Positions 16,024 through 26,002 of a DNA stretch of 32,000 nt are shown in pieces (positions within the stretch are counted from its first letter, which is position 1; the number at the start of each line of letters is the position of its first letter). A program made the translations under genes and the position numbers. The notes under the pieces were generated by a model that saw nothing but the letters and a program-made list of their open reading frames with translations, had not been told where the DNA came from and ran no database searches. The stretch comes from Thermodesulfobacteriota bacterium (GTDB taxonomy: Bacteria > Desulfobacterota > WTBG01 > JAGOGO01): the NCBI GenBank assembly GCA_026625185.1, contig CP113000.1:2295622-2327621 (forward strand). Direction: 5' to 3'.

Positions 16024-17481
16024 CTATTTCCTGAAAAGGTACTTCATAAAGGTCTTCAATGCCTTGAAGTTTCTTCTTGCCTCATCCAAACTCAGCAGCG
16101 ATTGTAGAGTTTTCCTGAGAATATAGGAGACTCTCAGATAAAAAGCCCTTCTTGCATAGCTACAAAATTCGACCAAATCCTGAGCGGTGAGGTCTGGCCG
16201 GGAGACAACTGTACTATGGAGTCCATCTTCGGTAAGCCATTCACTAAAGTTACTGGTTTTTAGGTACCCGTGTTCAGCAGCCCACGTATATGCCTTTGTC
16301 CCAGGATAGGGAATCAAAGGATAGAATTGCGCTGTGTCGAGATCCAGCTTTTTTGCAAAGGCGAGAGTTTGTTTCATAGTCTCCCTTGTTTCTCCAGGAT
16401 TACCGACCATAAAGCATCCATGCACAAGCAGCTTTGCCTTTCTTGCATTTTTCGCATACTGTATTGACTGTTGAACTCTTATCCCTTTATTGATGTTGTC
16501 AAGAATTTTCTGTGTCCCACTTTCAAATCCCGGTATTATTAGTCTACATCCTGCTGCTTTCATGAGCTGCATAGTCTCTAAATCAAGATTTACTCTGGCA
16601 TTTGCCCACCATTTCACTTTCTTATTTATACCCTTCGATATTAACCTATCACAAATGTTCTTCACGCGGGCAATGTTTGCGGTAAACGTATCGTCTTCAA
16701 TTCCGACTTCCTTCACGTCAGGGAAATTCTCTAGTATGTACTCAAACTCTGCGACGACATTCTCAGCACTTCTCAATCTATAGCGATTACCATGAAATGT
16801 TTGAGGATAAACACAAAAAAAACACCTGAAGGGACATCCCCGTCCCGTGATAATCATTATCATGGGGTACTGGGCCATTGATTCAAAGTAATTTTTGTAG
16901 TTCAAATGTTTCTTATATACTGAAGTAACAAAAGGTATCTCATCGAGATTTTCGATGTTTGCTCTTTTTTCTGTGAAAATTATTTCCTGATCTTTTCGGT
17001 ATGCTAACCCTTTTACTTGTTGCACATCTTGGGCTTTTTTCAACACATCTGCGAGATCCCGAACTGTATAGTCGTATTCGCCAATCGCCACGGCGTCAAC
17101 GCCGTTACTCAGCGTTAACGTCTCAGACGGAAGAGCAGAAGGGTGGGTGCCAACCAGGAGGATAAAGGCAGAGGGGAGCGCTCGCTTCATTTCTTCAGCG
17201 AACTCCGTGTCACTAAATATACTTGGGGTGCTCGTATCAAGGACGATAAGCTGTGGGCCATACGCAACAGCCATAGCTATGACTTTTTTCACAGGAGAGC
17301 CTTCTGCTGGCGCATCAATTAGCTTTGCTTCATAGCCCGATTGGTCAAGAACACCTGTGGCATATGAAAGCCAGAAAGGATAATATAAAGTTCCGCTCTT
17401 CGCCACCGCGGGGCTCCTGGAAGAACGGGAAAATTTCCCATGTTCGGGCTTAAAGGGGGGATTTAGCAGCAATACTTTCAT
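16024..17481 (-). CDS. cobalamin (B12)-binding-domain radical SAM protein (class B type)
   Basis: N-terminal MKVLLLNPPF... Rossmann-like B12-binding domain (LVGTHPSALP) and a CX3CX2C cluster motif in ITGRGCPFRCFFCVYP. ATGA overlap with the upstream GT4 gene. Confidence 0.85.
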   Translation of the reverse strand: MKVLLLNPPFKPEHGKFSRSSRSPAVAKSGTLYYPFWLSYATGVLDQSGYEAKLIDAPAEGSPVKKVIAMAVAYGPQLIVLDTSTPSIFSDTEFAEEMKRALPSAFILLVGTHPSALPSETLTLSNGVDAVAIGEYDYTVRDLADVLKKAQDVQQVKGLAYRKDQEIIFTEKRANIENLDEIPFVTSVYKKHLNYKNYFESMAQYPMIMIITGRGCPFRCFFCVYPQTFHGNRYRLRSAENVVAEFEYILENFPDVKEVGIEDDTFTANIARVKNICDRLISKGINKKVKWWANARVNLDLETMQLMKAAGCRLIIPGFESGTQKILDNINKGIRVQQSIQYAKNARKAKLLVHGCFMVGNPGETRETMKQTLAFAKKLDLDTAQFYPLIPYPGTKAYTWAAEHGYLKTSNFSEWLTEDGLHSTVVSRPDLTAQDLVEFCSYARRAFYLRVSYILRKTLQSLLSLDEARRNFKALKTFMKYLFRK

Positions 17482-18620
17482 GCTTGAAAAACTTCCTCGA
17501 CTACTGAGACTATCTTTTTATGAAAAGTCTTCACATCATATTTTTTCTTGTTATCAAGAGAGCTTTTTTTTATTTTCTCATATCTTTCGGGTTCCGCTAA
17601 AAGAAAAAGTATTTTGTCTGCAAGATCCTTCGGACTGGTATGGTCATAGAGCAAGCCCGTTTTTCCGTTCTCAACCAGCTCCGGTAGTGATCCGAAGTCA
17701 GGGCCAATAGTGGGTACTCCTGCAGCCCAGCCTTCAAGTAAAGTAAAAGGAAAAGCTTCTTCCGAAGTAATTACATTTAGGTAAGAGGTTTCCAAAATAT
17801 CAGCGATATTGTTTCTGTGCCCTGCGAACGTCGCATAGTCCTCAAGCTTCATGCTATGCACCGTATTTAACAGATAATCGAAGTACTCCTCATAACCAGC
17901 TCTTTTGCCCCCCACAAATAGGCAGTGAATATTCTTTTCACATTCAAGTATTGATGGCATAGCCTTCAGAAGTAGCTCTTGCCTTTTTGAGGGCATGAGC
18001 CAGCCGATGGTAATGATGAGTCTCCGGTTATCGGGAATATTAAGTTCTTTCCTTATTTGACATTTCGCTTTTCCATTTACCGTGAAGAGGGCAGAATCAA
18101 TCCCGTTGGGAACAATTACTGACTTCCCGGCGAGGCCTGGAAATTGCTTGCTGACCGTATTGGCTACAAAGATGACCCTTCTTACGCTCTTAAGTTTTCC
18201 TACCTTGTTAATAACGAACTTAGTCTTGCTGTCACTGAAATAATTATGTATATGCCAGATTACGGGGATTCGCAGAATGGTGCCAAGAAAAGCAGCCCAG
18301 ACAAAGTTACGAGCTGAATTGGCATACAGGAGATCAATCTTTTCATTTTTTATGAGGTTATAGGCTTCAATAAAAACTCGTGGAGAATTTGCTGCGAAAG
18401 TAAAAACGTCTCGCAAGTTCTTGCTGCCGACGCTGTAATTTCCAATATCCAGAATATCGTACCGGAACTTTTTTTTCTTGATCGCGTCGGAAAACGATCC
18501 CTTTTCTGGGATAAGGAAGATGCACTCATACCTTCCTGAAAGCGCAGTCGCAACCTCAATGGCCACTTTCTGGCCACCTGCCATAATTCCCAAGGATTCC
18601 CATAAAAGAACCTTTGTCAT
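17478..18620 (-). CDS. family 4 (GT-B) glycosyltransferase
   Basis: MTKVLLWESLGIMAGGQKVAIEV..., ...EEAFPFTLLEGWAAGVPTIGPDFGSLPELVENGKTGLL (E-x7-E region). The start at 18620 sits 1 nt after the upstream stop. The listed 18851 start would overlap the upstream gene by 230 nt. Confidence 0.85.
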   Translation of the reverse strand: MTKVLLWESLGIMAGGQKVAIEVATALSGRYECIFLIPEKGSFSDAIKKKKFRYDILDIGNYSVGSKNLRDVFTFAANSPRVFIEAYNLIKNEKIDLLYANSARNFVWAAFLGTILRIPVIWHIHNYFSDSKTKFVINKVGKLKSVRRVIFVANTVSKQFPGLAGKSVIVPNGIDSALFTVNGKAKCQIRKELNIPDNRRLIITIGWLMPSKRQELLLKAMPSILECEKNIHCLFVGGKRAGYEEYFDYLLNTVHSMKLEDYATFAGHRNNIADILETSYLNVITSEEAFPFTLLEGWAAGVPTIGPDFGSLPELVENGKTGLLYDHTSPKDLADKILFLLAEPERYEKIKKSSLDNKKKYDVKTFHKKIVSVVEEVFQA

Positions 18621-18621
18621 A

Positions 18622-20124
18622 TCAGAGAAAGCTTGTACCGTCAAAAAGTATATCCGGTGCGAGACCAAGACACCTAAATACCGAAGGAGCAATATCCATA
18701 AGCGTAATATCCTTGGAGTAATCAGCATCTTTGTTGAGGACATAGAGGACGGGCGAATCCTTTTTGTGGCTTCCGGGCTGGAGGCTGAAGGCAACCCCGT
18801 ACTCGAATAATGCCCCTTGTATCTCCCATCCGAGGCCGTACTTCTCGTCAAGCTCCACGATTATCTCCGGATACCGATTTATGTATTCCCCCTGGTATAA
18901 TTCTTCTCGCCGCATAATTCTTTTCATCACGTTTTGCGATGTGTGCGGACCCCTGACTTCAGTGAGACTTTTGATTATTTCATCGATAAGGGAGGGAATT
19001 TCTTTCTCATCTACTGTTTCTCTATTGATCCTTATCCCTCCGTAGCTGTAGGATTTAACAGCGGACAGATCAGTGACATAAGCTTTGGTCTTGCCCCAGT
19101 CAATGGATAGCGGGGAAGCAAGTACCTTTTTCCATATTGGGAACTTTTGAGAAAGCTTCAAACCGATATTCCCAACACCAAACCTATTAACATACGACAT
19201 CATTGCCTTTTTGAGAAATTTAGTATGATAAAGAGGATTAATCTTCTTCCCTGTTTTCCCGGCTGACGGATACAAGTACCCGCTTTGTCTCAACACTTCG
19301 TTTATATTCAAAAGGTTCGTCGGCCTTATTCCATGACCATGGTCGCTGACGATGATGACGCAAACATCGTCCAGCACCAAAACCAGATCACCCACCACTT
19401 TATCAATAAGGGTATAGAATTCCCTGATCACATCTTCGTACGGATTGCCAGCCCCCGGGTAATTTGGATGAGTCTCATCATAATAGTTCCAGAAAAAATG
19501 CTGAATACCGTCGAGCGCAGAAAAGTATACAAAAAACAGGTCCCACTCCTCCTCTCTAAGCATTCTGTATGCCAGTTCGCCCTCGGCAATGGTTCTGTTT
19601 CTGCACATTTTAGCGAGGCGAGGAAAATCTTTGAGAGAGAAATATTCCTGAAGCATGTTCAGGTCAATAGCGGAGGTTTTGTACTTTCTCGTAAGAAAAT
19701 CAGGGAATGCCGAGAGAGGATGGTTTTTTGAAGCAACGGTATTTATCCTGCAGACCATGGAGCCGTTCACGGGCCAACCCGGAAAGATATTGAACGGCAA
19801 TACAATACAGGATTTCTTTCCCGCCTTGGCCGCAATATCCCAGAATGTCCTGCCCCTGAAATCCCCATCAGAAACTTCTTTACGTAAAACCTTTCCGCTC
19901 TTGTCCGCAGGGTTGATAAAGTTGATTATCCCGTGCCTCGCCGGATTCAAACCGGTATAGATACTCGCCCAGGCAGGGGTTGAATCCGGAGGGAAAATGG
20001 ACTGAAACCTGAAAGCCGGGCTTTGGGACCTTATCTTTCTGAAATTAGGCATTTCTTCCATGAACTTTTCTACAAGCAACGAATCCATGCCGTCAATGCC
20101 GATTATGACAACCTTGTTCTTCAT
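18622..20124 (-). CDS. alkaline-phosphatase-superfamily protein (type I phosphodiesterase / nucleotide pyrophosphatase-like)
   Basis: VVIIGIDGMD (metal-binding Asp), PPDSTPAWASIYTG (Thr nucleophile region) and VSDHGHG. 500 aa. Confidence 0.8.
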   Translation of the reverse strand: MKNKVVIIGIDGMDSLLVEKFMEEMPNFRKIRSQSPAFRFQSIFPPDSTPAWASIYTGLNPARHGIINFINPADKSGKVLRKEVSDGDFRGRTFWDIAAKAGKKSCIVLPFNIFPGWPVNGSMVCRINTVASKNHPLSAFPDFLTRKYKTSAIDLNMLQEYFSLKDFPRLAKMCRNRTIAEGELAYRMLREEEWDLFFVYFSALDGIQHFFWNYYDETHPNYPGAGNPYEDVIREFYTLIDKVVGDLVLVLDDVCVIIVSDHGHGIRPTNLLNINEVLRQSGYLYPSAGKTGKKINPLYHTKFLKKAMMSYVNRFGVGNIGLKLSQKFPIWKKVLASPLSIDWGKTKAYVTDLSAVKSYSYGGIRINRETVDEKEIPSLIDEIIKSLTEVRGPHTSQNVMKRIMRREELYQGEYINRYPEIIVELDEKYGLGWEIQGALFEYGVAFSLQPGSHKKDSPVLYVLNKDADYSKDITLMDIAPSVFRCLGLAPDILFDGTSFL

Positions 20125-20829
20125 CTAATAATTTGTCTGCTTTACGACTCTTAGTACTTCTTTTTCCAAAGTAATTGTGTTTTCAACATAATTTTTCCTC
20201 AGAAGGATGAGTATTATCACACTCCCTTTTGGAAAAATGCTGCTGAAGACATTTGATGCAGGAGGTATCAGTGGATAAAAACCAATGCCCTTAAATTTGA
20301 CCACTTCAAATAAGTTGTTGAACGTGAGGAACTTAATCAACGCATCAGGGGTAAAAGCCCTCACATGTTCATCAAATATCTGTATGCAGGTGGGCTGCTT
20401 GCCTATTAGTAATAAGAACCTGTTATGCAGAGAAGCCAAATTTGGTACGCCGAACAATAAATGGCCATTGGGCTTTAGAACCCTGTATATCTCGGTCAAA
20501 GGCATATATATTTGTTTTAGGTGTTCAAAAACCTGATTTGATATCACTATATCGAAATAATCACTGTCAAACGGGAACCTTTCTTTTTCGAGATCACATT
20601 GGTATGCCTTAACCCCTTTCCCCCTCGCTGTTTTTACAGACTCCTCAAAGCAATCCATTCCATACACATCACTTATCCCCAACGCTTTCTTATAATACAC
20701 CGATGATTTTCCATCCCAGCATCCGACTTCAAGAAACCGCGATGCATTTGTGACATAGGGTCTGACCATTTCTGCTATCACAGGATGATAGTCTTTATTT
20801 TTTTTTGCAATAAACTGCCTAAGGCCCAT
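20125..20829 (-). CDS. class I SAM-dependent methyltransferase
   Basis: FLEVGCWDGKSS (motif I variant), YGMDCFE and FDIVISNQVFEHL. Its stop TAG abuts the ATG of the next gene. Confidence 0.8.
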   Translation of the reverse strand: MGLRQFIAKKNKDYHPVIAEMVRPYVTNASRFLEVGCWDGKSSVYYKKALGISDVYGMDCFEESVKTARGKGVKAYQCDLEKERFPFDSDYFDIVISNQVFEHLKQIYMPLTEIYRVLKPNGHLLFGVPNLASLHNRFLLLIGKQPTCIQIFDEHVRAFTPDALIKFLTFNNLFEVVKFKGIGFYPLIPPASNVFSSIFPKGSVIILILLRKNYVENTITLEKEVLRVVKQTNY

Positions 20830-20910
20830 GATGTTACGCCTAATTATTACTTCGGCAATTAAACATGTAAATAAATTCTGTGCAATGCCCGTTGTGATTG
20901 GGAATGGCGA

Positions 20911-21594
20911 TCATTCTTTTATATATTTATTTGCCGGAGCAATAAGATTGCTCAATATAGATCCTTCTATCAGAGAATAAAGTTCTCCAATCGGTCTGGC
21001 GCCATCGAGAAAGACGGCATTATGATTTTCAGCCGTTTTCCTAAACAATCCTCTTCTTATTCTAAGATAATCAATAGATGGAGTGTCCGTTTTCCTTGAA
21101 AAAGCTGTTTCTTCCGGCACGTCCACAAAAAAGATTAGATCAGGGACCGGGATAATTTTTAAGAAGGCAGAAATGATTCTGTGCATCGAACTTTCTTTTA
21201 ATCCGAGGTTTACCTTCATGCTTATGACGGTGTCATAGATATACCTGTCGGAGATGATATTTGATTTCATCATGAGGGGCACCCCGATTTTAAACAATAT
21301 CTGGATGAAATATTCCATAAACACCGCGGTCTGGTAGCAGATAGATAAAAAACCGCTCTTGCCCACTTTGTTCACAGAAGAAACATAGGTAATATAATCC
21401 TCGCGTGAGTTTTTGTCTCCCCAAAATAATTTTTTTCCTAATACGACAAACGGTCTCAGGATAAAAAGCTCGTAAGAACCCCATACATACTTACATTTGA
21501 TACCCTTTTCACTGAAACGCCTGACAGTTTCATTAATCAGCGTGGTTTTCCCTGAACCATCAATGCCGATAAAACAAATAAATTTACCTCTCAC
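20911..21594 (-). CDS. dTMP-kinase-like P-loop kinase; TMP-binding signature not recognisable
   Basis: FIGIDGSGKTTL (P-loop), ISDRYIYDT (DRY) and PDLIFFVDVPEETAFSRK (LID region). The canonical REPGGT segment is replaced by WGSYELF. GTG start in a GTGA overlap with the upstream GT. Confidence 0.7.
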   Translation of the reverse strand: MRGKFICFIGIDGSGKTTLINETVRRFSEKGIKCKYVWGSYELFILRPFVVLGKKLFWGDKNSREDYITYVSSVNKVGKSGFLSICYQTAVFMEYFIQILFKIGVPLMMKSNIISDRYIYDTVISMKVNLGLKESSMHRIISAFLKIIPVPDLIFFVDVPEETAFSRKTDTPSIDYLRIRRGLFRKTAENHNAVFLDGARPIGELYSLIEGSILSNLIAPANKYIKE

Positions 21595-22595
21595 GTTATA
21601 CTACCCGAAATCAAATCCTGATAGATATTTTCAAGCTTTCGGACAGCGACCTTCCAGTCAAAACCAATAACTTTCTCCCTATTCGAAGATGTTCTTTGGC
21701 TTGCTCTCAAGTTCTGTATCTTCGCATGCAGCGATGCTGATGAGCCGTCGAAATAGTGCAATGAATCGTCCTCCTGAAAAAGCTCAGGGAGTGCTCCAAA
21801 CCTGGTTGTAATGACAGGTAAATCGCAGGCCATAGCTTCCAGGACAGAAAGGGGAAGGTCAACAGCATTATTTGCATTTTGTGTCGGGAATACGTAACAA
21901 TCGGCAAGCTGGTAAATCTCTTCGATACGCTCCAAATATTCAGAAAAAATGCGACATCCAGACTGTGTCATGGCTTCAAGTAGTTCCTTCTCAAAACTAA
22001 ACGATTTACTACTGACAAAGATCACAAGAATGTCGTTCCCGACTTGCCCGCGCAGTATTTCAAGATTTCTCCCTTTAGTTGCATGCCCGACATGAAGGGT
22101 AACATATGCTTCTAAAGGGACACTATACTTCTTTCGCAAAGAAAACTTTTCATCATACCCAACAGGGGCAAACTTCTCACGATCAACCCCGCACGGCAAT
22201 ACCCTTGCTTTTGCACTGTAATCTTCCAAAGTTTTTTTGGTGGAATAAGATAAAACGATAAAAAGGTGGGGCGATGCAACCTTAATCAGGCTAGAAAAAA
22301 GACTCGAAATTTGGGGTGGCTGTAAAGCAGAAACCACAATCATAGATCTCTGAAAGAGGATTTTCATCAGTAATGCATAGCACAGGACAAATAGAGTAGG
22401 TCTGAGAAATATATGTATAACATCTGGGTCAAAGGCTGATATTCTTTTCCAGAAATGAAAGCTGAACAAATTTGCCTTGGCATTTTCATATTGCATTTTG
22501 TGCAGCATTGAAAGGTCTGAGCATAATTTTTTAGTGATATTTTTCTGTGCTTCATCAAGATATTCATTTGTATTACCCAAAGCAAATATCTTCAT
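21591..22595 (-). CDS. GT-B fold glycosyltransferase (family 4/1-like)
   Basis: C-terminal ...DCYVFPTQNANNAVDLPLSVLEAMACDLPVITTRFGALPELF is a typical GT4 donor-binding region. Confidence 0.8.
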   Translation of the reverse strand: MKIFALGNTNEYLDEAQKNITKKLCSDLSMLHKMQYENAKANLFSFHFWKRISAFDPDVIHIFLRPTLFVLCYALLMKILFQRSMIVVSALQPPQISSLFSSLIKVASPHLFIVLSYSTKKTLEDYSAKARVLPCGVDREKFAPVGYDEKFSLRKKYSVPLEAYVTLHVGHATKGRNLEILRGQVGNDILVIFVSSKSFSFEKELLEAMTQSGCRIFSEYLERIEEIYQLADCYVFPTQNANNAVDLPLSVLEAMACDLPVITTRFGALPELFQEDDSLHYFDGSSASLHAKIQNLRASQRTSSNREKVIGFDWKVAVRKLENIYQDLISGSIT

Positions 22596-22803
22596 ATTTA
22601 TCTTCCTAACAATACTGTCACCTTTTTATAATATCTTATTTAGCCATCACCTGAGAAATAGGTCTTGTCGCAATATAGTATGGAGTACAAAAAATCAATT
22701 CTGCCCTATTAAAAATGGCCTTGACACAGCAGATGTCTATTATGGTTTCTTTTCAATTTAGAATTGACAATATTTTTTTAATGAATGAACTAAATGTTAG
22801 GTA

Positions 22804-24129
22804 TCAGCTTCCTGGATTGAGGATAAACAAGCCTTTACCCCTCCAATATGCCCGCCCAATAATCACACCAAGTAAACTCAAAAAGAATTCCAAAAAACTT
22901 CCTACTGTATGGTAGACACTAAAAAAAGGTGCCATAAATGCATAGGTATTAAGAGAGATAACAAGAGATAGTATTGCCAAATATAGTCCCTTATATTTGG
23001 CAGAATATATCGAGAGTTTCCAGAAAATTTTCACCATAATCCATATTATCATAAGGTAAGCTAAAAGCCCTACGATACCCGAATCGACAAATGGCTCCAA
23101 ATATCCATTATGAATTCCCCCTATCCAATAACGCATGGGCGTCGATAGGTAACCAAAACCGAAAATTAGTCTCATCGGATTTTTTATAAACAGATTGAAA
23201 TAGAACTCCAATATTTCTAACCTAAACAAAAAGGATCTATCCGAAAAGGATCCACTTATATCTGCTAGGTCCCCCTTTCCCGCCATGACGAAAAATACAT
23301 TTAACCTTTGATATGTCTCAACATGTCTCATTAGCAGAATTAATAAGCAGGAAAGAAATATGAGAGTTATAAAACCTAACACAACCTTTTTATTTAAAGA
23401 AATTTTAGAAACTATTTCTATTTTGAATAGCCAAAACAATAAACCTACGAATACTGCAATATATGCTGCCCTCTTAAGCGAGAACACCAAAGAATGTGCA
23501 AAAAAAACAAGGGAAATAATCATAAAAATTTTTAATAAATATTTACGTTCGTTGGTTATTAAACCGAGCGTCATAAAAATCATACAGAGCATATATAATG
23601 CAATATGAGAATGATTGTACGAGAGAGTTGAAACTATGGCGCCTGGTGTTGAAACGAGGCTTAACTCCTCGTTCCAAAGAATTGGCGCAACTTTCACATA
23701 CTGAAGAAAGCCAAAGGCAGCAACAAACAAGCCTGAAATCCAAAAAACTAAAAGACATTTTTGCATTATTTTGTCATCCCTTACCAAATTGACAAACAGA
23801 TAATAACATAGAAAGGCTTGTGCAAGTCTGACAATCCAGTGAGCTGTGTATGATAATGCAGTTATAACGTCTTGCTCTTTAGACAAGAAGTAAAAAGTCA
23901 TTACTGAACTTGCACAGCAAACTAAGAAATAAAAAGTAAAAGGTTTTATCAGAGGAATTCTGTTTTCGAATTTTGGAAGTGCGCCTATCACTTTCCTCAT
24001 AAGTATAACAAGAATAAGAGCGACGAAGAGGATGTCCGATAATCTGATAACAGCCCAAGTTTTATAAAGAGAGAGAAGCGGAATATCAAATGAAAAGGAA
24101 ACGATTAGTCCAAGAAGAAGATACTTCAT
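22804..24129 (-). CDS. O-antigen polymerase/ligase-family membrane protein (Wzy_C type)
   Basis: More than 10 predicted TM helices. The loop motif IGGIHNGYLEPFVDSGIVGLLAY is typical of the family. ATG at 24129 is preceded by AGGTGA; the listed GTG at 24141 is an alternative. Confidence 0.75.
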   Translation of the reverse strand: MKYLLLGLIVSFSFDIPLLSLYKTWAVIRLSDILFVALILVILMRKVIGALPKFENRIPLIKPFTFYFLVCCASSVMTFYFLSKEQDVITALSYTAHWIVRLAQAFLCYYLFVNLVRDDKIMQKCLLVFWISGLFVAAFGFLQYVKVAPILWNEELSLVSTPGAIVSTLSYNHSHIALYMLCMIFMTLGLITNERKYLLKIFMIISLVFFAHSLVFSLKRAAYIAVFVGLLFWLFKIEIVSKISLNKKVVLGFITLIFLSCLLILLMRHVETYQRLNVFFVMAGKGDLADISGSFSDRSFLFRLEILEFYFNLFIKNPMRLIFGFGYLSTPMRYWIGGIHNGYLEPFVDSGIVGLLAYLMIIWIMVKIFWKLSIYSAKYKGLYLAILSLVISLNTYAFMAPFFSVYHTVGSFLEFFLSLLGVIIGRAYWRGKGLFILNPGS

Positions 24130-24322
24130 TTTGTCAGTCACCTATAACCATTTCTATAACCTTTTTATTATCAATAAGGTAGACCCCGCGCTTTCCTCTA
24201 TGAGCAGAATCAAAACAAATTGCAGTGGTACTTCTACATACTACAATAATTAATATCTCTGAGAGCAGAAACCACGGGGTATAAAAGCAATCAATATTCC
24301 ATATCAATTGTAAGTAAGATAT

Positions 24323-25804
24323 TTATTCAAATAGGTTAAATTTTACCTGTTTATCTTTCGATTTCAGAAAGCTAAATCTGAATATTTTTGAGAAAATTTT
24401 TAAATCATCTTCATCAAATGCATTGAATAAAAACAAGGCTATGGTATAAACTGCTGCTCCCAGGAATACAAGCAAAAAGAGATTCGTGTCCATGTAGTTT
24501 TTGATCTGGTACACCACATAAGCCATAATGACAGTTGCCAATACTGGCTTGAAAAGAATCCGATGAAAAGGCAGAAAATAAAAATATCTGCCAACAATAT
24601 ACCAGCTTACACAAGTTACAACTATCTCCGCAAAAACAACACTCACTGCTGCACCGATTTCCTGAAACGTTGGAATGGCATATAAGTTCAAGATGATAAT
24701 GAGAATCGCCCCGATCCCTCCCGAAATTGCCATAAACTTCTGTTTATTTATCGAAGCCAACATGTAAAGAACGGGACGTGACATTGCGATTAGAAAAAAT
24801 TTCCAACATAAGATCTGCAATACAGTTGCTGCTTTTAAAAAGTTATCACCGTATAAAAGGGGTATGATCCGGTGCGCCAAGACCGTCGTTCCTGCAGAAA
24901 GAGGTAACCCGATCAATATCAAATATTTGAAGGACTTCTCATATAAAATAATAAGTTGATCCTGTCGTGACACGAAAAAGCGGGAAGCGACAGGATATAA
25001 TACTGACATAAAGATGAAAACCATTGGTCCAAAAGTATTTGATAAGCTTGCTGCTGCATTATACCAACCCACATTAGCTTCCCCTGACATCTTAGAAAGC
25101 ATTAAAATATCTATCTTCATATAAAACATTATAAAAAGGTTTGAAAAAATAAAAGGCAGAGAGTCCTTAAGAACCTTCCAACAAAAAAATAGGTCGATTT
25201 CTAGTCGAGGATTTGAGAATTTTTTCGTGCAAACAATATTACTTAAAATAAAGCCCACAGTTATTGCCACTAAAAAAGCCGATGCAAGTTCAACAATTCC
25301 GAAGTTAAAATAAAGAAAAACTAGAGAAATTATAACAGTCAATAATTTTATAAAAACCGTTATCAACGCTTCCCATTCCATATTTTCAAAGGCTCTGAAA
25401 GTTACTAAGAAAAGATCATTTAATGAAGAAATCAAAATCGCTATGCCGAAAATCAAAATTGCATATGTAGTATCATCAGAGTAATTCATATACCTGACAG
25501 AAATCAAAATGATGGGAATAACAAAAACACATAATAGTAGCCTGACAGATATAATATTGCTTAAATATTTTGGTGCTAAGGATTTATCTCGGGCAACTTC
25601 TCGAATTAAAATCTCATTCATCCCTAGGTTGACAAGTATTATAAAAAAATTGGCAAAAACAAAAGCCGTACTGTATTTTCCGAAGGCGACTGCATGAAGT
25701 TTACGAGCAATGCTGATATTCAGCACCAAGGTAGAAAACGCTCCAAGCCCCCATGCTATGTAAAGTGCAATTGAATTCTTAATGATTTTATTAACGGTGC
25801 TCAT
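24323..25804 (-). CDS. Wzx-type flippase (MOP/polysaccharide biosynthesis protein family)
   Basis: Polytopic about 490-aa protein: MSTVNKIIKNSIALYIAWGLG...ARKL...FGKY... Very AT-rich coding sequence, typical of wzx. ATG at 25804 preferred to the listed start at 25843. Confidence 0.85.
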   Translation of the reverse strand: MSTVNKIIKNSIALYIAWGLGAFSTLVLNISIARKLHAVAFGKYSTAFVFANFFIILVNLGMNEILIREVARDKSLAPKYLSNIISVRLLLCVFVIPIILISVRYMNYSDDTTYAILIFGIAILISSLNDLFLVTFRAFENMEWEALITVFIKLLTVIISLVFLYFNFGIVELASAFLVAITVGFILSNIVCTKKFSNPRLEIDLFFCWKVLKDSLPFIFSNLFIMFYMKIDILMLSKMSGEANVGWYNAAASLSNTFGPMVFIFMSVLYPVASRFFVSRQDQLIILYEKSFKYLILIGLPLSAGTTVLAHRIIPLLYGDNFLKAATVLQILCWKFFLIAMSRPVLYMLASINKQKFMAISGGIGAILIIILNLYAIPTFQEIGAAVSVVFAEIVVTCVSWYIVGRYFYFLPFHRILFKPVLATVIMAYVVYQIKNYMDTNLFLLVFLGAAVYTIALFLFNAFDEDDLKIFSKIFRFSFLKSKDKQVKFNLFE

Positions 25805-26002
25805 ATGAAAGTTGAGCTGCAATTTACAACTATTAAATAACAAACCAATAAGGCTTGGGGCGGCAACTGTAGGTGTTCAGGACAGTTCATCTTTTTAAAA
25901 AATTCTCTTCTAATTGGTTATTAGTTTTGCAAGGATTCTCTAATGTAAGCTTGTAGTATAGGAACCCACGGGCACAGAGGGCAACCCGTGAAGCCTTAAT
26001 AA

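Noticed and set aside
18621-18851. 77-aa N-terminal extension of the GT4 ORF
   Set aside because: It would overlap the upstream gene by 230 nt and looks non-protein-like. The Met at 18620 sits 1 nt after the upstream stop and begins the typical GT4 N-terminus.
20911-21594. Hydrophobic stretch (GFLSICYQTAVFMEYFIQILFKIGVPLMM) read as a membrane insertion in the kinase-like protein
   Set aside because: Aligned by eye to E. coli Tmk, it corresponds to the normal core helix preceding the DRY/DRH motif. The region is only slightly longer than in Tmk.
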